A stretch of 64,000 nucleotides of DNA from an uncultured Bacillota bacterium (GCA_942493145.1 OW818679.1:740901-804900); one strand, 5' to 3'. Counted from the first letter of the stretch, positions 1 to 9,293 are shown. Notes: generated by a model from the letters alone, not told the origin. Program-made: numbers and translations.

Positions 1-993
1 CTGGCTGAGACCTATCAAAATGAGAACCGGCTGGAAGAGGCCAGAACTATTCTTCGTCGGGTACTGAAGCTCTACGAGGATACGGTCGGTTCAGGACATC
101 CTGCATTCGCGGATGCATTAAGCAGGCTGGCGGAAAATTATCTGGCCGGGGGAGCATATCAGGCAGCAGAGCCTCTTCTGGAACAAGCCATTTCTCTTCT
201 GAAGGGGACCCTTCAAAAGGATGATCCCGAAATCGCCCGCAAGACTGAAAAACTTGCCGGTTTATATCTGGCGTCCGGGCAAAACGAAAAAGCCGAACCG
301 CGTCTGAAGGAGACGATCGATATTTATAAAAAAGCTCTCGGAGATGAGCATCCTGCAGTCGCACAAGCCCAGAACAATCTTGGTGAATGCTATTTATCGC
401 AGGATCGGGCAGATGAAGCCAGGCAGCTCTTTGAAGCCTCATTAAAAGCCCGTGAGGCATCTCTGGGACTCTATCATCCTGCTGTTGCACAGTCTTTGAA
501 CAACCTTGCCGTGCTTTTAGGAAACAAAGGGCAATTCGCCGACGCCGAGCCGTTGCATTCGAGAGCACTTGATATACGGCGAAAGCATTTCGGCCCAAAG
601 CATATTGTTGTTACCCAGAGTATGGATAATCTTGCCGCAATATATCAGGCTCTTGATAAGTCCCAGGAGGCAGAAGATCTTCTCAGGGAATCGGTTTCGA
701 TCAGGGAAGAGAATTTGGGTAAGGATCACCCGTCAACAGCTGAGGCCTGGTTCAATTTGGGAACCCTGTTGTTCGCATGCAATAAGTATAAAGAATCGGA
801 AAAAGTGCTCCAGTGTTCCAGAAAGATACTGGTTGAAAAATTCGGACAGGACAATCATAACCTGGCTATGGTTTATAAGGCTCTGGCTATTGTCAATGAA
901 AAGCTGGGGAAGGAACAGGAAGTAAAAGAATACATAGCACGATTTGTCAAAATCCGCAGACAGGAATCCCCGGAAAAAGATAAGAAGAACTGA
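1..993 (+). CDS. Tetratricopeptide repeat protein (kinesin-light-chain-like ~42-aa TPRs), 5' truncated by the window edge
   Basis: Frame 1 is open from base 1 to TGA at 991-993. Repeated HP.VA....NNL(A/G)..Y/L....AEPL...AL.I....LG units. Confidence 0.85.
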   Translation: MAETYQNENRLEEARTILRRVLKLYEDTVGSGHPAFADALSRLAENYLAGGAYQAAEPLLEQAISLLKGTLQKDDPEIARKTEKLAGLYLASGQNEKAEPRLKETIDIYKKALGDEHPAVAQAQNNLGECYLSQDRADEARQLFEASLKAREASLGLYHPAVAQSLNNLAVLLGNKGQFADAEPLHSRALDIRRKHFGPKHIVVTQSMDNLAAIYQALDKSQEAEDLLRESVSIREENLGKDHPSTAEAWFNLGTLLFACNKYKESEKVLQCSRKILVEKFGQDNHNLAMVYKALAIVNEKLGKEQEVKEYIARFVKIRRQESPEKDKKN

Positions 994-994
994 G

Positions 995-1070
995 TCTTGA
1001 CGAACCTAAAATTCATCCCCTATTACCTAAATTGAGCCTCCTTGTTAAAGAGTGGCCGTGATGTTATTCT
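995..1070 (+). promoter_or_regulatory. Conserved upstream element, copy 1: ACCTAAA direct repeats at 21-bp period, then TTGTTA-N17-TATTCT with an extended -10 TG
   Basis: 46/51 nt identical to 15393-15443, and both copies share ATGTTATTCT downstream. Lies directly upstream of the athL-like gene. Confidence 0.7.
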
Positions 1071-1136
1071 GAAAAAGTAAATCATGCCAGAGAAAATTAT
1101 CAAGATTCAGCTGTTTATTAATAAGTGGAGGGTATT

Positions 1137-3665
1137 ATGGCAGAACAAATTTTTACCAACTGCGCAATCGGCGGGGCAGTATTCGTGCACGTTGACGACG
1201 GCAGGATCACCAAGATCCGGCCTATCGTTTTTGATGAGACCGACGCGCCGGCATGGTCCATCGAGGCACGCGGCAAGACATTTACGCCGCCTCGTCAGAC
1301 CTCATTGGGCTCCTATGTTGTAACGCAGAAGGCACGCATTTATTCGGAAAACCGGATCAAGTATCCGATGAAGCGCGTCGACTTTGATCCTAACGGGGAA
1401 CGTAATCCCCAGAACCGCGGCAAGTCCGGCCACGTCCGCATCACCTGGGATGAAGCTTTTGATATGCTGGAATCAGAAATCACCCGGATTCACGCCACCT
1501 ATGGCAAGGCCGCTATCACCGCCTCCACCAGCTCCCACGCCGATTTCGGCCTGCTTCAGTACAAGATGGGCCCCTTCGGTCGCTTCTGGAACATGCTGGG
1601 TTATACGCAGCTCAGCGACAACCCGGACTCATGGGAAGGCTGGCACTGGGGCGCCACTCATGCCTGGGGTTACTACTGGAAGCTGGGAATCAGCGACAAC
1701 TTCGACATGCTCGAAGAGGCAATGAAACACACCGAACTGCTCGTCTTCTGGGGCGTTGACCCGAATACCTCAGCTGGCGGTTACAACGGCCAGGACGGAT
1801 GTCGCTGGCGCTTGTGGTGCAAGGAGCTGGGGATGAAAATGGTCTTCATCGATCCCTGGAATAATTTCACAGCCAGCACCTGGGGCGACAAATGGATTGC
1901 GCCCTATCCCGCCACCGACGGCGCCATGGCCGAAGCCATCGCCTGGGTCTGGATCACCGAGGATACTTATGATCACATGTTCGTTGAGAATAAAACACTA
2001 GGTTTTGAAGAGTTCAAAAAGCATATCCTTGGCCAGGAAGAAGGGGGCTTCCCCCGTACTCCAGAGTGGGCCGCCGGGGTATGCGGAGTCAACGCGCGTG
2101 ATATCTATGCACTCGCCCGGGAATGGGCCGCCAAGAAAACGATGTTGTGCACGGGCTCCATCTACGGAGTGTCCGGCGCCTGCCGCCAGCCCTACGCTAC
2201 CGAATGGGCGCGTCTCATGGTTTTTCTGCTTGCTATGAAAGGGCTGGGTAAGGATGGATGCAACACTTGGGGCGGGGCCTCCATGGCGCCTCCTATGGAC
2301 ATGAGCTTCAGATTCTTCGGATACTCCGACAACGGCTGGGATACCTTCGGGATTGTGGCCAAGGAATCAGCTAAGAACACGGTCCAACAGAAGACCTACC
2401 GTCTGCTGCTGCCCGAGTGCATCATGAACGAGAAGACCGAATGGATAGGGGAAGGGTTCTGTGGGAACTCCCTGGAACAGCAACTGACCAGGAATGTCTG
2501 TCCGCTCCCAAAGGAAGAGGGCGGAGCTCCCATCAAGATGCTTTACCGCCAAGGCGGTTCATACATATCCACTATGACCGACACCAACCGCTGGGTGAAC
2601 ATGTTCCAGCATCCCAACCTGGAGTTCTTTGTTACCGCCGACATCCACTGGCAGAGTGAGACCAGGTTCGCTGACCTGATTCTGCCCATCTGCTCCGGCT
2701 TTGAGAAGGAAGACATCTGCGAGCTGGGGGCGCCGGGTGGTTACGGTGCCAACGACATGGGCGCCAACTTCCGGGTTATCATCTACATGAAGCAGTGCAT
2801 CAAGCCCCTGTGGGAATCCAAGTCCGACTACGATATTTACGTTGAGCTTTCCAAGCGGTTCGGCTTCCAGGACCGGTTCACCGAGGGGAATACCATGGAG
2901 GACTGGATTAAAAAGATTTTTTACAAGTCGTCACTTCACGAGCGCGTTACCTACGAGGAGTTCAAGAAGAAAGGGTACTACGTGGTGCCCCCACCAAAGC
3001 CGGACTTCAAGCGTGCCGTTTCCAACAAGTGGTACTATGAGGATCGGGAGTGTGATGTGCCTGACCACAAGAATCCCATGAAGGGAACCCCAAGGGCCAA
3101 GATGATGGGGACTCCCAGCGGCAAGATCGAGTTCGTTTCCACCTTCCTGGAAGAGCACTTCCCGGAGGACAAGGAGCGTCCGGTCATGGGTCAGTACCTG
3201 GAGCCTTGGGAAGGAGTGCGCGCACCCCTCGCGGAAAAATATCCGCTGATTTTGGAAACCCCGCATATGCGATTCTCTTACCACACTCACTTCGACAACA
3301 AGTCTCCGTGGCTGGATGAGATTCCCATACATCGCGCAATGAAGGACGGATACGCCTATTGGCCGGTCCGCATGCATCCGATCGATGCCAATGCCCGCGG
3401 GATTAAGAATGGTGATCTCCTGAAGATGTACAATGACCGCGGCGCTGTTTTGGTTGTGGCATATCTGACTGAGCGTATGAAGCCTGGCGTGCTTATGTCC
3501 TATCAAGCCGGCGCCAAGTATGATCCGCTGGAACCGGGGAAGCCGGGAAGTATCGACCGCGGCGGCTGCGTGAACTTGCTTGCACCATCCCGTATGGTTT
3601 CCAAGAATGCACCGGGCATGGTTAGCAACTCGATTTGTGTCGAAATCGATAAATGGGAGGCTTGA
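1137..3665 (+). CDS. Mo-bisPGD (DMSO reductase family) enzyme, pyrogallol transhydroxylase large-subunit (AthL)-like
   Basis: Motifs IEARGKTFTPPR, DFDPNGERNPQ, NPDSWEGWHWG (Ser Mo ligand), FADLILP and DRGGCVN match recalled AthL. No Tat signal and no N-terminal Fe-S motif. Start set at ATG 1137 after GGAGG. Confidence 0.85.
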   Translation: MAEQIFTNCAIGGAVFVHVDDGRITKIRPIVFDETDAPAWSIEARGKTFTPPRQTSLGSYVVTQKARIYSENRIKYPMKRVDFDPNGERNPQNRGKSGHVRITWDEAFDMLESEITRIHATYGKAAITASTSSHADFGLLQYKMGPFGRFWNMLGYTQLSDNPDSWEGWHWGATHAWGYYWKLGISDNFDMLEEAMKHTELLVFWGVDPNTSAGGYNGQDGCRWRLWCKELGMKMVFIDPWNNFTASTWGDKWIAPYPATDGAMAEAIAWVWITEDTYDHMFVENKTLGFEEFKKHILGQEEGGFPRTPEWAAGVCGVNARDIYALAREWAAKKTMLCTGSIYGVSGACRQPYATEWARLMVFLLAMKGLGKDGCNTWGGASMAPPMDMSFRFFGYSDNGWDTFGIVAKESAKNTVQQKTYRLLLPECIMNEKTEWIGEGFCGNSLEQQLTRNVCPLPKEEGGAPIKMLYRQGGSYISTMTDTNRWVNMFQHPNLEFFVTADIHWQSETRFADLILPICSGFEKEDICELGAPGGYGANDMGANFRVIIYMKQCIKPLWESKSDYDIYVELSKRFGFQDRFTEGNTMEDWIKKIFYKSSLHERVTYEEFKKKGYYVVPPPKPDFKRAVSNKWYYEDRECDVPDHKNPMKGTPRAKMMGTPSGKIEFVSTFLEEHFPEDKERPVMGQYLEPWEGVRAPLAEKYPLILETPHMRFSYHTHFDNKSPWLDEIPIHRAMKDGYAYWPVRMHPIDANARGIKNGDLLKMYNDRGAVLVVAYLTERMKPGVLMSYQAGAKYDPLEPGKPGSIDRGGCVNLLAPSRMVSKNAPGMVSNSICVEIDKWEA

Positions 3666-3669
3666 TCAG

Positions 3670-4503
3670 ATGAGTAAGCAATATGGAATTGTAATAGATG
3701 TGGCGAAGTGCACCGGATGTTATGCCTGCTACCTCGCCTGTAAGGATGAAAACTGCGGGGAGGAGCATCCCGGTTATACGGCGGCGCAGCCCATGACCGG
3801 CCAGTATTGGCTCAACATTACTGAGGTTGAGCGCGGTACCTTTCCCAAGGTCAAATTAAGCAACGTTCCGAAGCTTTGCGGTCACTGCGACAACCCCAGC
3901 TGTATGATGCAAGCGGAGAACGGCGCGGTATACAAGCGGGAAGACGGAATTGTGATGATTGATCCGGTCAAGGCTGTCGGCCAGAAGCAGATCGTGTATA
4001 CCTGTCCGGAACGGTTGATCTTCTGGAACGAGGAGAAGCAGCTTCCCCAGAAGTGTGACATGTGTGCCCATCTTCTGGATCAGGGCTACAAGATGCCCCG
4101 CTGCGTGGAAATGTGTCCTACGGGTGCGCTAATCTTCGGGGATATGAACGACCCCGACAGCGAGATTTCCAAGCTGGTGGCTGAAAAGAAACCTTATTCG
4201 GCTTATCCGGAGTTCGGCCTGAAGGAAAAAGTCCTATACCTGAACATCCCGAAGAAGTTTGTGGCTGGCACCGTGGCCTTCAAGGAAACCGATCAGTGCG
4301 CCAAGGATGTCAAGGTGACCCTGAAGGGTAACGGCATCGAGCAGTGCATCGAAACGGACGTGTTCGGCGATTTCTGGTTTGATGATCTGGAAAACAAGGC
4401 GGACTACACTTTGGAGATCGCGGCGGAAGGGTACAAGAAAATCAGCCTCACCACCCGTACCATAAATGATGTCAACCTGGGAGAAATTTTCCTGGAAAAA
4501 TAA
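3670..4503 (+). CDS. Fe-S subunit, pyrogallol transhydroxylase small-subunit (BthL)-like, with C-terminal beta-sandwich domain
   Basis: IDVAKCTGCYACYLAC, CGHCDNPSC, AVYKREDGIVMIDP, KCDMCAH..PRCVEMCP and ETDVFGDFWFD. ATG is 4 nt after the athL-like stop. Confidence 0.85.
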   Translation: MSKQYGIVIDVAKCTGCYACYLACKDENCGEEHPGYTAAQPMTGQYWLNITEVERGTFPKVKLSNVPKLCGHCDNPSCMMQAENGAVYKREDGIVMIDPVKAVGQKQIVYTCPERLIFWNEEKQLPQKCDMCAHLLDQGYKMPRCVEMCPTGALIFGDMNDPDSEISKLVAEKKPYSAYPEFGLKEKVLYLNIPKKFVAGTVAFKETDQCAKDVKVTLKGNGIEQCIETDVFGDFWFDDLENKADYTLEIAAEGYKKISLTTRTINDVNLGEIFLEK

Positions 4504-4559
4504 GGCTCTATGTCAATTTATGGGGTGGGGATCAAGTAAAAAAATATTGAGATATTTTC

Positions 4560-4600
4560 CCGACGGATGATCTGAAAATGATTATCCGTCGGTTTTGTTT
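4560..4600 (+). terminator. Probable intrinsic terminator after the athL/bthL-like pair
   Basis: CCGACGGAT-N15-ATCCGTCGG followed by TTTTGTTT. Confidence 0.5.
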
Positions 4601-4787
4601 CTGATGATACACAGGAGGGGCAAGCTTGCAATTGATACTGATAGGTAAAACTAAAATGCCCGACGGCACCAAAAATAACCCTACCGATTCCAAACATACT
4701 CGCCTTTTCATCATTTAATATAATGATATAATTATTAATTGAAGTAGTGTTTTTTAACGAATCACAAAATAAGATAGGAGAATAATT

Positions 4788-5999
4788 ATGAGTCTTCAAT
4801 TAGGCATTCCAGAATCAGCAATGATCGCTCTCACTGACTTGGTGGACAATTGCTGCGGAGTGGACAATTACGCAGGAGCAAACAAACCGCAGCTCAAGGA
4901 ACCACTCATCGGTCCGGGCAAGGAAATCCTCATTATTGCGCACAAGGACGGTCTTTACGGCGGCAACAACCTGATCGACGAAGAGGCTGTCGCCTGGCTG
5001 TCTTCCGTCATTACCTCACGCGGCGCGCGTTGCTCAATTCTATGGGTCGACGATCCACAAAAGCCGCACGAGTGGCGTTATCCCAAAATCGTTAAAGCCG
5101 CTATCGCCGGTGCTGACTTAATCATCAACACTTCCTTCCAGATGGCTGTTGAGGAGATCGCTGAGTTCCGTAACCACATCGAAGAAGCGGACACCTGGAT
5201 GGTCCGTCTGTTCCCCGTAACAAAGGAACTGCTCATGACAGAATGGGCACAAACACCTTATGAGCTTACGAAGATGATGCGTCACGCTGCGTCCAAATCT
5301 TTCCAGGGCAAAGAGGGAGACGAATTCAAATTCGTCATGACCGATACCAACGGCACACACATCGAAGGCAACACGATCCAGCCAAAACCACGTCCCGGCA
5401 TCCCCGGACATGGCTATGCTTCATGGCGCAGAGACTCAAGCCACTACCTGCCCTTCCCTGAGTGGGTACATCCTCCAATCAACTGCAAAAACGTCAACGG
5501 CGTATTTATATTCGACTCCATGCTGAGCTGGTGGTCGCCCGTAATCGGCATTGATCCCGAGTGGAAAACTCCAATCAAAATCGAAGTACAAGACTCCAGG
5601 ATGGTCAATATCACCGGCGGTCTGGAAGCTGCCAAACTCAATAGCTTCCTTAAGACCATGGTAGGCAAAGTCGGAGAGGGCATCTACAACTTCGATACCT
5701 TCCACTTCGGTATTCATCCCAACGCGAAGGTCGCAGATTATCAGTGTCCGCATGACCTCTACAGGCGCATAGTCGACCATATGCATACCTCAAATCTGCA
5801 TTTCCACATAGGATCGGCTCCTGCCAACCCGAGCTACAACTTCTATCCCCATGTCACCGGCGACATCCGCAATGCTGACCTGGTTGTCAACGGCAAGAAG
5901 GTCTATGACAATGGCTGGCTCTGCTGTCAGGACGATCCGGATGTAAGGGCAGTTGCTGCCAAGTATCCCGGTCGCCCAGGTATCCCTGAAAGATTTTAA
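4788..5999 (+). CDS. M29 aminopeptidase-fold / NicX-like metalloenzyme of unknown function
   Basis: C-terminal FHFGIHPNA...HTSNLHFHIGS...PHVTGDIRNADLVVNGKKVYDNG resembles the M29/NicX C-terminal pattern. Good RBS. Confidence 0.55.
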   Translation: MSLQLGIPESAMIALTDLVDNCCGVDNYAGANKPQLKEPLIGPGKEILIIAHKDGLYGGNNLIDEEAVAWLSSVITSRGARCSILWVDDPQKPHEWRYPKIVKAAIAGADLIINTSFQMAVEEIAEFRNHIEEADTWMVRLFPVTKELLMTEWAQTPYELTKMMRHAASKSFQGKEGDEFKFVMTDTNGTHIEGNTIQPKPRPGIPGHGYASWRRDSSHYLPFPEWVHPPINCKNVNGVFIFDSMLSWWSPVIGIDPEWKTPIKIEVQDSRMVNITGGLEAAKLNSFLKTMVGKVGEGIYNFDTFHFGIHPNAKVADYQCPHDLYRRIVDHMHTSNLHFHIGSAPANPSYNFYPHVTGDIRNADLVVNGKKVYDNGWLCCQDDPDVRAVAAKYPGRPGIPERF

Positions 6000-6083
6000 T
6001 CAACGGCGTTGCGAAGCAACAGCCAAAAGGCGAGAGGGGCTCGATGCCTCCGAGACTTTTAGTGTCAGAACAGGAGAATTAAT

Positions 6084-7271
6084 ATGAGTAAATTAATAGC
6101 ATATGTTGGACGCAACCACGTTGCTGGTTTTCAGGGCGGTGGTATCGACGTATTTGAAGTTAGCAGAGACGGATCCGTGATTACTCCTCTTGGAAACGGA
6201 ATCAAGGATGAGCCGAAGCGCGCCGGATTTCTTGGCTATGCTCCGAAATCAGGTGTCCTCTATTCAGTAGACGAAAGGAAAACCGACGGTCGTGGACCGA
6301 AGATGCCACCTGCTACTATTATGGCGTTCAAGGTTGACCAGAAGACTGCTGCACTCAGCCTTATCAACAAGCAGGAAGCTATCGGATGCAATCCGGCTTC
6401 TGTATGTGTGGGTCCGGATGAGAAATATCTGTTTACTGCCAACCACGGTTTCTTTGAGCATGTCATCAAAGCTGTCGAAACCGCAGACGGCAAATGGGTC
6501 AACACTTTCGTTTATGACGACTCAACGGTTGTTCAGTACCCGTTGAATGCAGATGGTTCCATCGAACCGGCTTGTGACTGTAATGTCCTCACCGCTCATG
6601 GCAAGGACCCTAACAGTTCTCCACAAGGTGGTGGCCATGCCCAGGCAAGTTCACATGCACACATTGTTGTCGTAGATCCTTCCGGCAAGTTCCTTCTGGT
6701 CTGCGAAAAAGCAGGCGAACGGGTTTACGTTTACCGCCTTGGCGGTGACAAGCTTGTCCTGGCTTCAATTTACCAGTGTCCGCTGGGAACCGGTCCAAGG
6801 CATTGCGCTTTTGATAATAAAGGTCGCATGTTCATGACCAGTGAATTCTCTTCCGAGATATGGGCATTTGGGTTTGACACTGAAACAGGTGTCCTGAAGT
6901 ACATTGACAAACAGTCCACGATCGCTGAAGGCTTCAAAGGCCGCAACGAGCTGGCAACTATTCAGATTCATCCGAATGGCAAGTTAGTCTACGTGAACAA
7001 TCGCGGAGAGGATACTATTGTCTGCTTCAATATCTCCGAGGATGGGAAGCTAAAGAAGGCGTCATCAATTTCTGTCGGCAAATGCCCGGCGGATCCAAAG
7101 GACGCAGTTCGCGACATGCAGCTATCCCCGGACGGCGCATTCCTGCTTGTCCCGGTACGCCCGGATGATGTGATCCGCTCATATGCAGTGGATCAAAAAA
7201 CCGGAGATTTGAAGAATATAGCTGAAGTTCCGGTTGAGAACCCCGTATACATACAATTCATCGAACTTTAA
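6084..7271 (+). CDS. Beta-propeller lactonase family protein (6-phosphogluconolactonase / carboxymuconate cyclase-like)
   Basis: SHAHIVVVDPSGKFLLV, GTGPRHCAF, IHPNGKLVYVNNRG. Confidence 0.85.
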   Translation: MSKLIAYVGRNHVAGFQGGGIDVFEVSRDGSVITPLGNGIKDEPKRAGFLGYAPKSGVLYSVDERKTDGRGPKMPPATIMAFKVDQKTAALSLINKQEAIGCNPASVCVGPDEKYLFTANHGFFEHVIKAVETADGKWVNTFVYDDSTVVQYPLNADGSIEPACDCNVLTAHGKDPNSSPQGGGHAQASSHAHIVVVDPSGKFLLVCEKAGERVYVYRLGGDKLVLASIYQCPLGTGPRHCAFDNKGRMFMTSEFSSEIWAFGFDTETGVLKYIDKQSTIAEGFKGRNELATIQIHPNGKLVYVNNRGEDTIVCFNISEDGKLKKASSISVGKCPADPKDAVRDMQLSPDGAFLLVPVRPDDVIRSYAVDQKTGDLKNIAEVPVENPVYIQFIEL

Positions 7272-7289
7272 GATGTTTAATTTGCTTGA

Positions 7290-7329
7290 ATACATTGCTC
7301 CCGGCCATCATTGGCCGGGAGCAATGTAT
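7290..7329. other. Perfect 18-bp inverted repeat with a 4-nt loop and no T-tract (possible mRNA-stabilising stem)
   Basis: ATACATTGCTCCCGGCCA-TCAT-TGGCCGGGAGCAATGTAT. Confidence 0.75.
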
Positions 7330-7398
7330 ATTGGCCCGTCTGTGAAACAAAAATAGAGTTAAAAAATCAAAACTATTTTTTTATGAGGAGGAATCAAA

Positions 7399-8442
7399 AT
7401 GATTATTGATGCAAATATGCACCATCTTCCGGAAGATTTGTTTACAAACGAAGAAGTGCTGAACGGTTTTCTATCGACTGCTCCGCGCGGCTTTGGTGAA
7501 ATAGCATCTGTGGGTATTACCGAGTCCGGCAAACGTCAGATCATTGTGGAAAAACCGAAAGGCTACCAGAACCTGAACTACGTGGAAGGCGACTATTCGC
7601 TCGAAATGAAGATAAAAGCCATGGATGAGAACGGCGTCGACAAAGCTATCCTGCGGGTACCGGTATGGCAGGAATGGCTGCGGCTGGATACCTGCAAGAT
7701 CGTCAATGACAACGCAGCCGATATGTGCAAACGCTCAAACGGCCGTCTCTATGCCAACGCTTGCGTTCCACCATGGGGCGGCAAGGATAATATCTATGAG
7801 TTCGAACGCTGCATCAAGGAGCTCGGCATGGTCGGTGTCCAGCTGGCATGCCATTACGGCCAGCTCTACCTCGACGATGAAGCCTTCAAGCCCTATCTCA
7901 AGGTCATAAACGATATGAAAATCCCTGTCGTCGTACACCACACCCCTGGACCGGTCCGTTGGGAGTCAATGTATGAATACACGAACCTGCGCCGCGAGTT
8001 AGGCCGCGTCACCGACCAGGCTACAGCCGTGGGACGCGAACTCTTCAGCGGCATGTTCGAAGAATTCCCGAACCTGAAGTTCATCCACACCATGCTCGGC
8101 GGCAACTGGTTCGCGAACTACAACCTTCTGGTTCCGAAGCATGGGAAGAAGAAGGAAGCAATGCAGCGTCTGGACATGAGTGAAGGAGAACGTGTTCTGG
8201 GTTATCTGAAGAACAACCTGTACTTCGATACGACCCATCCGGCTTCCTGGGGCAAAGATCAGATCGAATGCGCGATCAAAGTCTGCGGAGCCGACCACAT
8301 CCTGTTTAGCTCGTCGTTCCCCGTATTTTACAACTGGATGTCGGATGGAGTCGATTTCATGAAGTCACTCGATCTCTCAGACAAAGACCGCGAGCTTGTT
8401 ATGAGCGGTAACGCTATCCGTTTGTTCAATCTTAAGGTTTGA
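7399..8442 (+). CDS. Amidohydrolase-2 (ACMSD/LigW-like TIM barrel) protein with non-canonical metal ligands
   Basis: IIDANMH, ELGMVGVQL, PVVVHH, LKFIHTMLGG, LYFDT, HILFSSSFP. Confidence 0.8.
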   Translation: MIIDANMHHLPEDLFTNEEVLNGFLSTAPRGFGEIASVGITESGKRQIIVEKPKGYQNLNYVEGDYSLEMKIKAMDENGVDKAILRVPVWQEWLRLDTCKIVNDNAADMCKRSNGRLYANACVPPWGGKDNIYEFERCIKELGMVGVQLACHYGQLYLDDEAFKPYLKVINDMKIPVVVHHTPGPVRWESMYEYTNLRRELGRVTDQATAVGRELFSGMFEEFPNLKFIHTMLGGNWFANYNLLVPKHGKKKEAMQRLDMSEGERVLGYLKNNLYFDTTHPASWGKDQIECAIKVCGADHILFSSSFPVFYNWMSDGVDFMKSLDLSDKDRELVMSGNAIRLFNLKV

Positions 8443-8443
8443 C

Positions 8444-8884
8444 CAGCCGGCGATCTTCTGGTACTATTGAAGTGTTCTGCGGCTGCATGATATATGCCAG
8501 CACTGCGATGAGGCTCCTTGCATAGAGGCTTGCAAGTCCAATGCGGTTTACAAACGGGAGGATGGCATCGTTATCATTGACCCGTATAAATGTACGGGCA
8601 ATCGTAACTGCCTGGATGCTTGTCCTACTGGCGCTCTTAAATTTGGCGAAGAAGAGGATTTAAAAGACTTATTAGCAGATGCCGCGATACTTCATTCCGA
8701 GTATGGTACACGTCCCAGGGTTTACTATAAAGGTTTACCCAATAAGTACTTCTGGTTTGAAAGACAAGAACCAGGCATCTACCGGCTTAAGATGGAGATG
8801 GATGGATACATTCCTGTGGTTCTGGATGATATTGAGGTAACCAAAGATATCAACGTGGGAGATATTGAGTTGCGGCAGGGGTGA
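8444..8884 (+). pseudogene. Internally deleted remnant of a BthL-like Fe-S subunit paralog
   Basis: Own translation: QPAIFWYY*SVLRLHDICQHCDEAPC..AVYKREDGIVIIDP..CLDACP|TGALKFG..RPRVYYKGLPNKYF|WFE..DINVGDIEL. In-frame TGA at 8468, no start codon, two blocks missing relative to 3670-4503. Confidence 0.8.
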
Positions 8885-8942
8885 ACAGGTCAGATTATCG
8901 CCAAGGGATCACCACGGATGCTCATTTGGAAGGAACATAGTT

Positions 8943-9187
8943 ATGGGAAAGGTTGCTTTGGAGATGGATAAGACTGAAAGGACCGTAGTAAAGGGACTGT
9001 AGACGGTCACGGCGAAACGAAGGTAGTGCGTGCTCCTCATGGTTGCAGTCGCAGATTGTTGGATCTTTTGGGAGGCTACACTCTGCAGTCCCGCGATATG
9101 GATGCTATGCGCCGTGAGTATCCTGAAGTCTTCTCTCAACCCTATGACAAAGCCTCAGGGCTGGCTTGGAAACGGATGATGGCATAA
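8943..9187 (+). pseudogene. Possible degraded N-terminal fragment of a Mo-enzyme large subunit
   Basis: MGKVALEMDKTERTVVKGL*, then frameshifted DGHGETKVVR.. Follows the BthL relic. Similarity is from recall only. Confidence 0.25.
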
Positions 9188-9293
9188 AGTGGGAATTAAA
9201 CCGCTGCGCAGGTACTCATCCCAAAATCCGCTTATCAACTAACTCTCGAGCTTGAGAACATAAACAATCTGCTACAGGACGTGGGGGGTTATT

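Noticed and set aside
1137-3665. Calling the first Mo enzyme a DMSO/TMAO/biotin-sulfoxide reductase
   Set aside because: No Tat peptide or membrane anchor. AthL-specific motifs and a BthL-type partner fit better.
8468-8470. In-frame TGA as possible selenocysteine readthrough
   Set aside because: The position does not align to a Cys, there is no start codon or RBS, no SECIS-like hairpin was seen, and the frame is otherwise deleted.
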